55,698 nucleotides of DNA from contig PLFD01000054.1 in NCBI GenBank assembly GCA_003136635.1, positions 1 to 55,698 of the forward strand, written 5' to 3'. The translations under genes were made by a program, and so were the position numbers. The DNA is from a candidate division FCPU426 bacterium (GTDB lineage Bacteria; Oederibacteriota; Muellerivitia; Muellerivitales; Muellerivitaceae). This document shows positions 37,964-48,715 of the stretch, one piece after another (positions within the stretch are counted from its first letter, which is position 1; the number at the start of each line of letters is the position of its first letter). A model generated the notes under the pieces. That model saw nothing but the letters and a program-made list of their open reading frames with translations. It ran no database searches and had not been told where the DNA came from.

Positions 37964-38191
37964 GCCAACATCTCTTGGGCAGCTGTTTCGTCAAGGGCAA
38001 ATTGTCTGATTTTGTCAAAATGAGAAATCAGTTTAAAACAGGCCTGTTTAAAGCCCCTCTATTCCCGAAAATACCGCAAAATATGGGCTTTTTAGGCGTT
38101 TTTACCATAAAAACAGTTGAATTCCCCATAATCACTCCTTAGAATGTGCGACTTAATCGGCTAATACTTGGGTATGAAGCCGGTTGGTTTA

Positions 38192-38219
38192 TTAAGAATA
38201 GCGGTACCGCTATTGTTAA
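38192..38219. promoter_or_regulatory. 28-bp near-perfect palindrome immediately upstream of the small-protein RBS
   Basis: TTAAgAATAGCGGTACCGCTATTgTTAA, with a perfect 18-bp core at 38197-38214 and a central GGTACC; ends 6 nt before AAGGAGG. Confidence 0.4.
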
Positions 38220-38238
38220 ATTTTAAGGAGGCTGTGTA

Positions 38239-38445
38239 ATGAAGCGTTTTATCGTCGCTGTGTTGGCTGTGTTGTTTGTTGGAACTGGTGTTTCTATGGC
38301 GCAAGATGCTACGACCGCTGCTCCGGCTGCTGCTGCTCCGGCTGCTGCGACCACCCCGGTTGCCAAAGCTAAGAAGCACAAGAAGCATAAGAAGGCTATG
38401 GCTGCTGCTCCGGCTGCCGCTGCTACTACTCCTGCTGCCAAGTAA
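38239..38445 (+). CDS. small secreted Ala/Thr/Lys-rich low-complexity protein
   Basis: Consensus SD AAGGAGG 7 nt upstream; signal peptide MKRFIVAVLAVLFVGTGVSMA; mature about 47 aa of AAPAAA/KKHKKHKK repeats; followed by two terminators. Confidence 0.5.
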   Translation: MKRFIVAVLAVLFVGTGVSMAQDATTAAPAAAAPAAATTPVAKAKKHKKHKKAMAAAPAAAATTPAAK

Positions 38446-38496
38446 TATTGGTTTAAGCTTGAGACGGTTTCGGGCTCGCGCCTGAAACTCAATGCA

Positions 38497-38532
38497 TCGG
38501 GTGGGCCTTTCGAGGTTCACCCGATTTTTTTT
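38497..38532 (+). terminator. rho-independent terminator
   Basis: TCGGGTG...CACCCGA hairpin followed by TTTTTTTT. Confidence 0.6.
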
Positions 38533-38540
38533 GCCCAAAT

Positions 38541-38580
38541 AAAAAGCCGCCTTCCTTGAGGAAGACGGCTTTTTTGTTTA
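38541..38580. terminator. bidirectional rho-independent terminator (small protein / convergent ilvD)
   Basis: AAAAAGCCGCCTTCCttgaGGAAGACGGCTTTTTTG: A-tract, 11-bp stem with one mismatch, T-tract. Confidence 0.6.
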
Positions 38581-38631
38581 AAACCAACCGGTTAATACCG
38601 CTCATGCGGTTGAAATGAGCTATTTCAAAAG

Positions 38632-40329
38632 CTATTTCTTAAATTCATCCGTAACAGCCCCTTCACTCGCGGAAGAAACCAAATAAGCGTATTTGGCCAA
38701 AACCCCTTTAGGATAGGGGTTAACAATAGGCTTCCATTGGGATTTTCGTTTTTTAAGCTCCGAAGCGCTTATTTTGATTTCCAATTTTTTCTTTTCCGCG
38801 TCGATCGTAATGAGATCACCGTTCTTTATCAAACCGATAGGTCCGCCCACTTGGGCTTCGGGAGAGATATGACCCACGACTAAACCGTGGGTTCCCCCGC
38901 TAAAACGACCATCCGTCAGGAGTCCAACGCTTTCGCCCAGACCCTGACCCACCAAAGCGCCGGTGATAGCCAGCATTTCTCTCATGCCGGGGCCTCCTTT
39001 GGGACCTTCGTAACGGATGACAACCACATCTCCCGCTTTAATTTTTCGTTTTTGAATGGCTTCATAGGCGGCTTCTTCCCCGTTAAACACTTTGGCGGGA
39101 CCGGTGATTTTGATTACCTTGAGCCCCGAAATTTTAGCCACCGCGCCTTCGGGCGCCAGATTGCCGCGCAAAATAACCATGGGGCCGGTGGGATGCAGAG
39201 GATTATTCAAAGGGCGAATAATGGGCTGATTTTTGGATAGGGGCTGGGCCAAGTTTAGGTTTTCACGAACGGTTTTGCCGGTTACGGTTAAACAATCGCC
39301 GTGCAGCAATTTGGCGTCCAAGAGCAGTTTCATGACTGCCGGAATACCGCCAATGCGGTCTAAATCCACAGCGGCGTATTTACCGCTGGGTTTCAAGTCC
39401 GCCAGGTGAGGCACTTTGTCGCTGATGCGGTCGAAATCATCAATCGTTAGTTTCACGCCGATGGATTTCGCGATGGCGATCAGGTGCAAGACCGCGTTGG
39501 TTGAGCCGCCCAGGGCCATCACCACGGTGATGGCGTTCTCAAAAGCTTTCTTGGTCATGATGTCTTTAGGAAGAATGTTTTTCTTGATCAGTTCCACCAC
39601 CGCCTGGCCGGCGCGGTCGCACAAGAGACGTTTAGGTTCGCCGATAGCGGGCTGGCAGGAATCGTGAGGCAAAGCCATGCCGAGAGCCTCAATAGCCGAG
39701 GCCATGGTGTTGGCGGTGTACATGCCGCCGCAGGAACCGGGGCCCGGAATGGCATTTTTTTCGACTTCTTCCAAACGGGCATGGTTGATTTTGCCCGCGT
39801 CATATTGGCCGACCGCCTCGAAAACCGAGACGATGTCCAAAGGTTCGCCGTGGCAGATGCCCGGCATGATGGCTCCGCCGTAAACGAAGACAGCGGGAAT
39901 ATTCAAACGGCCGATACCCATTAAAGCCCCGGGCATATTTTTGTCGCAGCCGCCGACAGCCACGATGCCGTCAAAACGCTGGGCAGAAGACACCACTTCA
40001 ATGGAGTCGGCGATGACTTCGCGGGAAACCAGAGAAAACTTCATGCCAACGTGACCCATGGCAATACCGTCAGAAACAGTGATGGTCCCAAAGATCTGGG
40101 CCATACCGTTGGCGCTTTGGATACCGGACTTTACCCGTTCAGCCAATTCGTTCAGGTGCATATTGCAGGGGGTAATTTCGCTCCAAGCAGAGGATACACC
40201 CACGATGGGTTTCTTGAAATCCTCGTCCTTAAAACCGACGGCACGCAGCATGGCGCGGTTGGGAGCGCGTTTATCTCCTTCGGTCATCAGGGAAGATTTC
40301 TTTTTCAGGGGATTCATTTTCTCGGGCAT
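38632..40329 (-). CDS. ilvD: dihydroxy-acid dehydratase
   Basis: IlvD/EDD signature stretches ([27 protein letters not shown], Fe-S cysteine ligands). Start placed at MPEKMN (40329). Confidence 0.85.
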   Translation of the reverse strand: MPEKMNPLKKKSSLMTEGDKRAPNRAMLRAVGFKDEDFKKPIVGVSSAWSEITPCNMHLNELAERVKSGIQSANGMAQIFGTITVSDGIAMGHVGMKFSLVSREVIADSIEVVSSAQRFDGIVAVGGCDKNMPGALMGIGRLNIPAVFVYGGAIMPGICHGEPLDIVSVFEAVGQYDAGKINHARLEEVEKNAIPGPGSCGGMYTANTMASAIEALGMALPHDSCQPAIGEPKRLLCDRAGQAVVELIKKNILPKDIMTKKAFENAITVVMALGGSTNAVLHLIAIAKSIGVKLTIDDFDRISDKVPHLADLKPSGKYAAVDLDRIGGIPAVMKLLLDAKLLHGDCLTVTGKTVRENLNLAQPLSKNQPIIRPLNNPLHPTGPMVILRGNLAPEGAVAKISGLKVIKITGPAKVFNGEEAAYEAIQKRKIKAGDVVVIRYEGPKGGPGMREMLAITGALVGQGLGESVGLLTDGRFSGGTHGLVVGHISPEAQVGGPIGLIKNGDLITIDAEKKKLEIKISASELKKRKSQWKPIVNPYPKGVLAKYAYLVSSASEGAVTDEFKK

Positions 40330-40399
40330 AGCGACCTCTTCTGGGAGATGGAAAAGCATTTGAAACAGATGGGCATTTTAGTCACTTTGAGGGACCGAC

Positions 40400-42793
40400 T
40401 CAAGCGATGAGGAAGAAACCTATTGAGGTAGCGAAAATGGCTAAAAAGAGGAAAAACAGGAAGAAACCCAGGCGAAGACTGACCGGTGAAAAAGTTAGTT
40501 CAATCTGATTGACTCCCGCTTGGAGAGGCACGGCGGTTAAGACTAAATTGCAAATCAGGGGTTGAACAGGAACCCCGTTGACTGTCGCCTGCCAGCCGGG
40601 CAGAAAGGTTTTTTGCAGGACTAGAAGCGCGGGGCCCTGGGTCTGAGCCGTGAAACTTAAATGAGTTTCGCCCCATAGGCGGACTTCGGGTTGATCCATA
40701 GCAAGCGTTTTAGGTGAAGAGGCGAAGCCCGGATCAGATTCCAATAAAACTTCTTTTTGGGGATTAAAGCTGAGCGTTTCGAGTTGGTCAATGGATTGTG
40801 GCCATTGTGCGATTTCGTACTGGTTGACCAGATAGGCTCGGGGCAAGGTGTTGGGGGAGCCATAAACATAGGGTGAATGATTCTGAAGAGTTTTAAAGAT
40901 ATGCGGAAGAGTGAAAGGCGTATCCGAAACGATTTGATCCACGCCCAGCACCGATAAAAGATGGGGATGATGAATAAATCCCAGAAGGTCCCGATCTTTA
41001 TAAACCCAGGCAAACCAACCCAACTGGGACAAAAGGGTGTTGTAACGGCTTAAAAAAGGATTGGCGTCAAAGGGTAAAACTGGCCTGTGAAAAATTAAAT
41101 TGATGTTGGGAAAAGCGTATTCACCGTATTGAGGCGGCAAGGGTGAATTGGTTTGAGAGATGAGAGGCAGGGAACGGTTTTCCGCGACGGGTATTTGGGG
41201 ATCGTCAATTTCTCTTATTTCATAAAAAGAATTACCCAAAGGCATGCGGAAAATCATCAGGTCGATGAACACCAGAGTGATCAGCAGCCCTTTTTGAAAC
41301 GAGAGATTCCAACGATACCGGTTAAATACAGCGATGTTTAATCCCGAGAGAAATAAAAACGGCATAAAGATTCTTGGACTCAAAGGGTTCAGGTTCGCGG
41401 CAATAGCGTTTAATTTAGACGGCAAACGTTCCAAGTAAGCGCTCAAACTTTGAGTATGAAGCGTGTCACCCAGTAAACAATGTTGAATAAACCAGGAAGC
41501 GGCGGATTGGATGAGCGTTTGTCCGTGAGTCAATATAAGCCAGCCGAATAAGACAAAAGAAACAGCAATGGCTAAAAGACCCAAAGATAAGTTGCGTCCT
41601 TTGCGGGACAAAACCTCATTTTTAAACCAGTCATCCCAGGCATAAGCGGCGCCAAGGCCGACAGCCCAGGTAATTAAAAACCAGTAGCGGGCGGGGTCTC
41701 TGAAAAAGGAAAAGAAAGGCAATGACTGAACAAGAGGGTAGACGATAAAAAACTTACCGAAGGCCATGGCGAGTCCGAAAAAAGTGGTTATGGTAATCCA
41801 GCGGCGTTCCGGCTTTTTTGAAAAGAAAAACAGCAAAACGAAAAATAATCCAACGATGGACAGGGCGATCTGCATTTCTAAAAACTGGTATTGCCACCAG
41901 TAATCCAAACCGGCCCGATCATATTGATCTTTCCCGAAAAACCATGGAAATAATAAAGTAATGAAATTCACGGGTGTCCAAGAATGAAAAAAACGGTCCA
42001 GATCGCTCCACTTTTCGCCGGATAGATAAGTTGAAGTGAATAGAGTGAGAGGCGCTGTAAAAACAAGAGTGCCAATAGTCATGCCGAAGAAGGATTGGAG
42101 TCGTTGTTTGAGAGTGAACCGGGGATAAATCCAAGCCCATAACAGAAAGAAAAGACCCTCCAGAAAGACCACTTGGGGGTGGCCGGAAAAAAGGCACAAA
42201 CCCCATAAAAACGAGGCGGATAACAGCCAAAAAGCCCGGTTTTGGGCCTGATAACGCAGCAGACACAAGAAAGCCCAGGGAAAGAAGGCATGGGCCCACG
42301 CGACGTTCTGGTGATCCAGTTGGGCCATTTGATGGCCATTGTAGGTCCAAAGAAAGGCTAAAAGTACCGAAGCGGAAGTGGAGAGTGAAAGTTCACGGCC
42401 TAAAAAATATGCGCCGAATAAATAAAAGACAAAAGGAAGAACGAACAAAAAATTAACTAATAGCAGACCCGAGGCCACGGAGTAAATGAGCGAGAGGAAA
42501 GGCGATAAAACTCCGGCCATGGAAGTGGCGGCTACCGGCGCGCCGTTGTAAAGAAGGTCGGAAATGAGAGGAAGTTTTCCCTGAGTCAGATGATCGTGAA
42601 CCCAAAGGGTGATGGGATAATAAAGAACGGTTGAATCCAGCGAGAGAAAAATTTTTGAGGAAAAAAGAATCCAGTTTTTAAAACAAAACAACAGGGATGC
42701 GGTTAACACCAGAAGGACCAAACCTTCTTTTTGCCAGAAGGTTCGGGTGGAGTGAATGACAGGCTTAGGCTTTAACAGGGGCGTTTTTTTCAA
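40400..42793 (-). CDS. YfhO-family membrane glycosyltransferase-like protein (paralog 1)
   Basis: About 13 TM helices in the N-terminal 470 aa with a YfhO-like 'YY...GVLSP' region, and a C-terminal extracytoplasmic beta-rich domain; 797 aa. Confidence 0.55.
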   Translation of the reverse strand: MKKTPLLKPKPVIHSTRTFWQKEGLVLLVLTASLLFCFKNWILFSSKIFLSLDSTVLYYPITLWVHDHLTQGKLPLISDLLYNGAPVAATSMAGVLSPFLSLIYSVASGLLLVNFLFVLPFVFYLFGAYFLGRELSLSTSASVLLAFLWTYNGHQMAQLDHQNVAWAHAFFPWAFLCLLRYQAQNRAFWLLSASFLWGLCLFSGHPQVVFLEGLFFLLWAWIYPRFTLKQRLQSFFGMTIGTLVFTAPLTLFTSTYLSGEKWSDLDRFFHSWTPVNFITLLFPWFFGKDQYDRAGLDYWWQYQFLEMQIALSIVGLFFVLLFFFSKKPERRWITITTFFGLAMAFGKFFIVYPLVQSLPFFSFFRDPARYWFLITWAVGLGAAYAWDDWFKNEVLSRKGRNLSLGLLAIAVSFVLFGWLILTHGQTLIQSAASWFIQHCLLGDTLHTQSLSAYLERLPSKLNAIAANLNPLSPRIFMPFLFLSGLNIAVFNRYRWNLSFQKGLLITLVFIDLMIFRMPLGNSFYEIREIDDPQIPVAENRSLPLISQTNSPLPPQYGEYAFPNINLIFHRPVLPFDANPFLSRYNTLLSQLGWFAWVYKDRDLLGFIHHPHLLSVLGVDQIVSDTPFTLPHIFKTLQNHSPYVYGSPNTLPRAYLVNQYEIAQWPQSIDQLETLSFNPQKEVLLESDPGFASSPKTLAMDQPEVRLWGETHLSFTAQTQGPALLVLQKTFLPGWQATVNGVPVQPLICNLVLTAVPLQAGVNQIELTFSPVSLRLGFFLFFLFLAIFATSIGFFLIA

Positions 42794-43661
42794 GGAATTG
42801 CAACAGCTCTCCGGTAACAGTTCCCAGGGCTATTTCTTCGACCGGGCCGCGCATGGTGAGGTCGAATTCAGGACTGACTTTGAGCGATAACTGTCCTCCG
42901 GGCATGCGCAGGGTCAGGTCGCCATTGGTGCGGCCGGTTTTCACGCAGGCGGCGGCTACGGCGCAGGAAGAGGAACCGGAGGCCAGGGTATAACCAGCCC
43001 CTCTTTCCCAGATGCGGATGGTGACTTCGTGATCGTTTTCTACTTTGGCGAACTGAACGTTGCTACGGTTGGGGAATTGAGGATGATTCTCCAAAAGGGT
43101 CCCCAAAACGTGAATTTCTTTTTCAGCTAAATTAATGTCATCATAAAAAACCACACAATGGGGATTGCCGACTGAAACGCAGGTTACTTTGAGCTCGCGG
43201 TTGAGACTGGCGATAATTAACGGCTTTTCCACCACTTCGCCGGTAAAGCCCGATACGGGAATGAGGGCTGAATCAAAAGTGGCCTTACCCATTTCGACCG
43301 TCACCAAAGGAGCTTTGCCTAAAACTAAGTGAAGCTGGGCCTGCACCTTGCCGCCGGCCGTTTCGATTTCAAAAAAGGATTTCTCGGTATAACCATGCTC
43401 AAAAAGAAACTTACAGAAAATGCGCAGGCCATTGCCGCTTTTTTCAGCCTCGCTGCCATCCGGATTGTAGATGCGAAGCTTGGCTTCAGACGAGGCGGAT
43501 TTTTCCAAAGCCAGAATACCGTCCGAGCCGACGCCGGTATTGCGGTTACAAATACGGATAATATTTTGAGGTGTCAGCTTAAAAGAGACAGAGGCGGGAT
43601 CCATGACGATATAGTCGTTTCCCAATCCGTGGGAGCGGACAAATTGGTTTTGGGTAAGCAT
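42765..43661 (-). CDS. dapF: diaminopimelate epimerase-family protein
   Basis: HGLGNDYIVMD N-terminus, GNPHCVVF and ASGSSSCAVAAA (second catalytic Cys) motifs. The first catalytic-Cys loop is atypical (KSGNGLRIFC). Confidence 0.65.
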   Translation of the reverse strand: MLTQNQFVRSHGLGNDYIVMDPASVSFKLTPQNIIRICNRNTGVGSDGILALEKSASSEAKLRIYNPDGSEAEKSGNGLRIFCKFLFEHGYTEKSFFEIETAGGKVQAQLHLVLGKAPLVTVEMGKATFDSALIPVSGFTGEVVEKPLIIASLNRELKVTCVSVGNPHCVVFYDDINLAEKEIHVLGTLLENHPQFPNRSNVQFAKVENDHEVTIRIWERGAGYTLASGSSSCAVAAACVKTGRTNGDLTLRMPGGQLSLKVSPEFDLTMRGPVEEIALGTVTGELLQFLEKNAPVKA

Positions 43662-43808
43662 GAAAGTCCTTTGATTTCCGGAAACGGTGAAACGCCTGGA
43701 GATTTAGACAATGGTTCTTCGCAACCAGAAAATTATAAAGTATCATAAAAATACTTAAAAGAAGAATCCCGCCGCTCTGGCGGGCGATCCGGGTGATTTT
43801 TAAAGATT

Positions 43809-44507
43809 GTGGCGAAAGATTTTCACTCACTCAGAAAACGGAAAACAAATATGGCTTCTTCCGCATTTTTAGCCAACCTTTCACAACGGGAAAGAGGCGA
43901 TCAAGTTGTTATCAAGGAACATCTGCGCCGTTATGTTTCTTATTTCCGCGGTAAGAGCAAAGTCGTCGACCTTGGGTGCGGCAGGGGTGACTTTTTGGAA
44001 CTGTTGAAAGAAGAAAAAATAGGCGCTTTCGGAGTGGAAGATAACCCCTCACTCGCGGCGCAGGCCCAAAAGCGCGGATTGACGGTCAAAAAGGCGAAAA
44101 TTCAGTCCTTTCTGAAAAAATGCAAAGCTGGCAGCGTTGATGGTTTTTTTGTCAGTCACGTGGTGGAGCATCTGACGCCGAAGGAAATGCTGGAAGCGGC
44201 GGACGAAATGAAGCGGGTTTTGAAACGGGGAGGGATTTTGGTGCTGATTACTCCAAATCCGCTTTCCCTGGGAGTGATGACCCATTCTTTCTGGCGGGAC
44301 CCCACCCATGTCAGGCCTTATCCTCTGGATTTTTTAGTCGAATTGCTGGAATCCATGGGGTTTCAGGTTTTAGATAAAGGCGAAACCTGCCTTGGCGTCA
44401 AAAAATCCCTCATTCGGACCGCGGTGAGAAAAATTCGAAAATGGCTAGTGGGGGATTATTTTCGCGATCCGGATATCTATCTGGCAGTCCAAAAAAGTAA
44501 GTCTTAA
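43809..44507 (+). CDS. class I SAM-dependent methyltransferase
   Basis: Motif I VVDLGCGRGDF and post-I acidic residue pattern. Confidence 0.6.
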   Translation: MAKDFHSLRKRKTNMASSAFLANLSQRERGDQVVIKEHLRRYVSYFRGKSKVVDLGCGRGDFLELLKEEKIGAFGVEDNPSLAAQAQKRGLTVKKAKIQSFLKKCKAGSVDGFFVSHVVEHLTPKEMLEAADEMKRVLKRGGILVLITPNPLSLGVMTHSFWRDPTHVRPYPLDFLVELLESMGFQVLDKGETCLGVKKSLIRTAVRKIRKWLVGDYFRDPDIYLAVQKSKS

Positions 44508-45364
44508 CCCTTTTTGCAAAACAGATTAGTGTAATTCCGGTTTTGGACTGTGCATTGTTTTAAAATCTTTTCGACTTGGGCGGGACGCAGAGTTTTTTCC
44601 TTCTCTGAGACTTCAAAAATTTTAAATCCTATTTTTTTCAAGGTTCGCAGATAACTCAGCGGTGAATGGCCCGCCTGATTTATTCCGTAGGGCCAGAATT
44701 CGGTAATCAGCTTAAGCTGAGAGTTTTTCCTTATCAAAATTTTTAAACCTTCCAGGGCGCCAGCCTCTGAGCCTTGTATATCCATCTTGATGAAATTAAT
44801 TTTTTTGTCTGTTTTTTTGAAAAAGTCATCCATCTTCACGGTTCGAATGGGAATAAAGGGGCGGCCGTCTTTGGAATCATAGAGCCTGTGATCGCCCCTG
44901 TTGGTTTTGTTTAAAAAAAGTTTCGCGGTTTTGGTTTTGTTTGAAACGGCCTTGTTTATCAGAGTCGCGTTGTTGTAACCGTTGCTCTCAACGTTTTTTT
45001 TCAGAAGAGCGAAGTTATCCGGATCCGGCTCAAAGGCATAAACTTTACCTTTAGGTCCCACCAGCTTAGCGGCCATCAGGGTGTAATAGCCGATATTGGC
45101 GCCGATATCCAAAACGGTCTGGCCTGGTTTGATCTCTTTTTCGAACAAAGCCGTCTCGAAAGGTTCGTAAACCTCATGGGTGGCCAGTTCCAAAGTATCC
45201 TGATTGTCCAGCCACATCCGGTGGCCTTGTACCATGACGGACTTGGGTTTTAAAAGATGAAAAAGCCAATCGTAAACCGCCCGAATGGGTTTGATCCGTC
45301 CCAAGCCATGGCCGCTGATGGTGACGGCACTTTTTTTGAGAAAGTTTAAAAAAGGATGGCGCAA
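44504..45364 (-). CDS. FkbM-family methyltransferase
   Basis: VLDIGANIGYYTLMAA...VYAFEPDPDNF, typical of the FkbM domain. Confidence 0.65.
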   Translation of the reverse strand: MRHPFLNFLKKSAVTISGHGLGRIKPIRAVYDWLFHLLKPKSVMVQGHRMWLDNQDTLELATHEVYEPFETALFEKEIKPGQTVLDIGANIGYYTLMAAKLVGPKGKVYAFEPDPDNFALLKKNVESNGYNNATLINKAVSNKTKTAKLFLNKTNRGDHRLYDSKDGRPFIPIRTVKMDDFFKKTDKKINFIKMDIQGSEAGALEGLKILIRKNSQLKLITEFWPYGINQAGHSPLSYLRTLKKIGFKIFEVSEKEKTLRPAQVEKILKQCTVQNRNYTNLFCKKG

Positions 45365-45404
45365 AGGAACCTCATAAATTAATGGGGATGAGAGCCGTCA
45401 GCGA

Positions 45405-47696
45405 TCAAGCGACTTTGGGTTCCCGGGAGGCGTAAAGCCAAACGCCATAAATTAAAGCGGACATAATCCAAAGGCCCAGAAATCCAATCAGAGGATAAAA
45501 CCAAGCAGGCTGGTATTTAAAATCCACCTGATGAGTTCCTGCGGTCAGATAGAGGGTACGAAAAGCGTTATTGCCCGTATAAATTTCGGTTGGTTGTTCG
45601 TCCACATAGGCTTTCCAGCCGGGATAGACCATCTCGGAAAAGGTGACGAGACTGTTCTTGTCCAGTTGAATGGAATAGGTTTGCCAATCCGTGTCGTCTT
45701 TTTGCAGGTGGTAGACGAGCTGGGCTCTTTCTTTCGGCAGACGGGCTGTGACTGAAACCGGCAGGGGTTTCTCAAAGAAAACCTCATTGGCCGGGTCAAA
45801 GTCGGGCAAGCCTAATTTGTTTAAGAGTGAAAGATGATCGGGATCGATTTGAATCTCGTTGGGCGCGTTCACATAGGACGACGGATTTTTTTTGAGATAA
45901 AGATGAGAGGTTTGCAGGTCTTCGTGAATGTAATCGGGTTGTTCTCCCTCGTTTTTCCCAAAAAGCATTCCATTGACCGCCAGAAGCTCCATTTGGTTTT
46001 TGATCGGTAATCCGTGAAGTTCTGTGAAAGTACTCAGCACAATCGGGCTGTAGCCCGCGAAATCTTTGATTTTTTCCGCCACTATCATGTTTTCGGGAAA
46101 GGGAATGGCTCCCGTCTGGTTGGCGTTGTGAATCGGATAAAGTAAGCTGCGGTCAAAATAGTAACGGACATCGGTCGGTTCTTGATGAAGGCCCAAAAAG
46201 CTCGGGAAATTATCCTCGAAGTTAAAGTTGGCCGAAGGAGCGGTTTTAAAACCGCTCCAGCCGGTTAGAAGAAGAGGCAGGACCAGAGCTGTCATGAGCG
46301 TCCAACGGCCCAATGTTTTCCAAGATTGGGTGAATCCCCAAAGACTCATGCCGAATAAACCCAGTAGAAGGGCGGTTATTTCGCGCCAGGTTTGATCGGG
46401 TTTGGAAAAGCTAACTACTAACAAAAGTACAGCGTAAGCGCCAGCGGCTAATAGGAGCCCGGGCGATTTTCGTTTTTCGTCCAGGCGGCGCTCCATCGTT
46501 TGAAAGCCATAGGCCAAAAGTACGCATCCAAAAAGCACATAGCTTTCCACAAAACGGAAAGGCGCGCGGCTCAGGTCGATGGTCGGAAGGTAATTGCAAA
46601 GCAGCCGATGCAGGGGAAAGAAACGGCCCCAGGCGGTGAGAATGGAGAAAATTCCGGCGGCCGAAATAAAGTAAAGAAACTTTTTTTCTTTTCGACTAAA
46701 GGCGAAAAAGAAAAAGAAGGGCACCCAGACGCCGATATAGCCAAAGTCGGCCAAAAAGTCATTACCGTAGTTTACCTGGTCGCTGATGACCTGAATCGCG
46801 TTTTCAATCGTGTCCCCCGGAGCTACTCCTAAGGTGGGGAAAAGAAATTCATAGGTGGTATAGGGCTTCATCGAAAAAGTACCGTTGAAGTTATCGTAGG
46901 TTTGACCCTGAGAGCGGCGGTTAGAAAGATCGGAAAATTCCTTGGCGGGAATCAAGTGGATGAAAAGCGGCAGGGTTCCCCAAAAAGCGAAGAGAAGGAC
47001 GAGAGCTGTCTTTTTCCAGGTGACTGGCGCCGCAGTGGGCTCAGATGAATGTTCAGGATGTTCGCGGAAAATAAAACGGAAAAGAATATAGGCCAGGGCC
47101 GTATAAAAAATCCAGCTGGTGGATTGAAAAGAACCGCAGTCAAAAATGACGGCGAAGACCAGCCCTGCGCTGAAAGCCCAGCGGGGTGCCCAGTGCTGGC
47201 GTAGTTTTTCGAGAGTCATCATCAAAACAGGGAACAGGGCGTAATCCGCCAGGATATGTAAATGGATGATTTCCCACCAGAAAAATCCGGATAGGGCGTA
47301 AGTCAGAGCTCCCACCCGGACCGCGTTGTCCGAAAGGTGCAGGGTCTTGAGCCAGGAATGCATGCCGGCGCCCGCGATAGCCATATGCAAAAAACAAAAA
47401 ACGCTGATGCCGTAGGCTGTGGGCAAAAATAAAGTCAGGTAATTGAGCGGGTAACACATCATGCTATTGGGATTGGCGAAAAAGGGCTGGCCGCCGTAAA
47501 GGTAAGGATTCCAAAGGGGGAAATGGCCCTGCAAGAGCTGATTTTTCAAGAATTGGCGGAAGGGACCAAATTGATAGATTAAGTCGTTGGCGTAATAGGC
47601 CTGGCCTAAAAAGAGGCAAGGAAAAAAGGCGATAAGCGCCAAAAGGACGTATAAACCATAAGGTTTAAGGGTTTTCATGCTGTGGGTGATGTTCAT
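45405..47696 (-). CDS. YfhO-family membrane glycosyltransferase-like protein (paralog 2)
   Basis: Multi-TM N-terminus with a DLIYQF...LWNPYLYGGQPFFANPNS YfhO-like loop and a C-terminal extracytoplasmic domain; 763 aa. Confidence 0.55.
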   Translation of the reverse strand: MNITHSMKTLKPYGLYVLLALIAFFPCLFLGQAYYANDLIYQFGPFRQFLKNQLLQGHFPLWNPYLYGGQPFFANPNSMMCYPLNYLTLFLPTAYGISVFCFLHMAIAGAGMHSWLKTLHLSDNAVRVGALTYALSGFFWWEIIHLHILADYALFPVLMMTLEKLRQHWAPRWAFSAGLVFAVIFDCGSFQSTSWIFYTALAYILFRFIFREHPEHSSEPTAAPVTWKKTALVLLFAFWGTLPLFIHLIPAKEFSDLSNRRSQGQTYDNFNGTFSMKPYTTYEFLFPTLGVAPGDTIENAIQVISDQVNYGNDFLADFGYIGVWVPFFFFFAFSRKEKKFLYFISAAGIFSILTAWGRFFPLHRLLCNYLPTIDLSRAPFRFVESYVLFGCVLLAYGFQTMERRLDEKRKSPGLLLAAGAYAVLLLVVSFSKPDQTWREITALLLGLFGMSLWGFTQSWKTLGRWTLMTALVLPLLLTGWSGFKTAPSANFNFEDNFPSFLGLHQEPTDVRYYFDRSLLYPIHNANQTGAIPFPENMIVAEKIKDFAGYSPIVLSTFTELHGLPIKNQMELLAVNGMLFGKNEGEQPDYIHEDLQTSHLYLKKNPSSYVNAPNEIQIDPDHLSLLNKLGLPDFDPANEVFFEKPLPVSVTARLPKERAQLVYHLQKDDTDWQTYSIQLDKNSLVTFSEMVYPGWKAYVDEQPTEIYTGNNAFRTLYLTAGTHQVDFKYQPAWFYPLIGFLGLWIMSALIYGVWLYASREPKVA

Positions 47697-48715
47697 TTAT
47701 CCTCCGACAAGAATTTTAGTTTATAAGCTTTCGCGGTCCATTGAACCTGATAAACCTTCACGTTTTTAGCGGGTTTATGTAGGGTGGTGAAGAGACCGGC
47801 TATTAAACCGATGCCGTAAAAGGAATGGCGTAAAAAAATAAGAATGGGCACTTTAAAAACATCCATGAAACGGCGGTGCCAGGAGGCGGCGGATATCCCC
47901 GTGATGATGGAAAGAAGTATAAAGAGAAAAAGGGGAATCCAGGTCCAAGGCGATTTTAAAAGGCTGAGAAGAAGACAATCGCTATTGATGACCCAGGGCA
48001 GTACTAAAGCGATTAAATAAAACAAGAAGAAGGCTGGTGCCAGATGAATCAGGTCCGATAGACAGGGATAGACTTTCATTTGCTGGGCCCGGCCTCTGCC
48101 GTAGCGGAAGGCCTGAACGCAAAAGGCGCTCAAACTTTTACGGCGGGAACGATAAACTCCCGCGCGGGGGTCATAAATCAGCCGGTAGCTTTTATGAAGC
48201 AGACGGTTCAAGAATTCATTTTCCTCATTGGGGTAAAGATCGGTTCGAAAACCCCCTTCGGTGATAAACGTTTTGCGGTTGACCATCATGTTGCAAAGGA
48301 TCAATTCTTTCTCGGTGGCTTCGCGCACCGAACCGATAGCGGCGTAGCGGGAACGAACTTTAAAGCTTCCCATCCAGGAGGCCAGAACCGCGTTGACGGT
48401 CCGCTCAAAAGAAATAGCGTCAGGCGGCACGAGGTTGGGTCCGCCAGCGACCGCGGTACGGCTGTCCTGAAAATGGGAAATCAAATTGGGAATTTCACCG
48501 GGAATGGTCAGACTGTCATCGTCCAAAAAATAAACTAGGGGAGTTTTACAGTGTTTGACCCCCAGGTTGCGCTGGTACGACGGATTTTGTCCCACGCAGA
48601 CAAAAACAGTTTTGGGTTTTTCATGGGCCGGCAATTGGTTTAAGGCTTTCAGGGCGGCGATATTTTTGTCCGCGTTGATCGAGGCGATGACCACACTGTA
48701 GTTCATGGGACTCAC
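47693..48715 (-). CDS. GT2-family polyprenyl-phosphate glycosyltransferase-like protein (CsbB/ArnC-like, C-terminal TM helices)
   Basis: GT-A N-terminus (VVIASIN..., DDDS acidic motif) with 2 C-terminal TM helices; 340 aa. Confidence 0.7.
   Translation of the reverse strand: MSPMNYSVVIASINADKNIAALKALNQLPAHEKPKTVFVCVGQNPSYQRNLGVKHCKTPLVYFLDDDSLTIPGEIPNLISHFQDSRTAVAGGPNLVPPDAISFERTVNAVLASWMGSFKVRSRYAAIGSVREATEKELILCNMMVNRKTFITEGGFRTDLYPNEENEFLNRLLHKSYRLIYDPRAGVYRSRRKSLSAFCVQAFRYGRGRAQQMKVYPCLSDLIHLAPAFFLFYLIALVLPWVINSDCLLLSLLKSPWTWIPLFLFILLSIITGISAASWHRRFMDVFKVPILIFLRHSFYGIGLIAGLFTTLHKPAKNVKVYQVQWTAKAYKLKFLSEDK

Noticed and set aside
38161-38538. Overlapping alternate-frame ORFs around the small A/K-rich protein gene (38161-38538 minus strand, 38276-38485 plus strand).
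   Set aside because: They are low-complexity mirror frames. Only the 38239 frame has a consensus SD and signal peptide.
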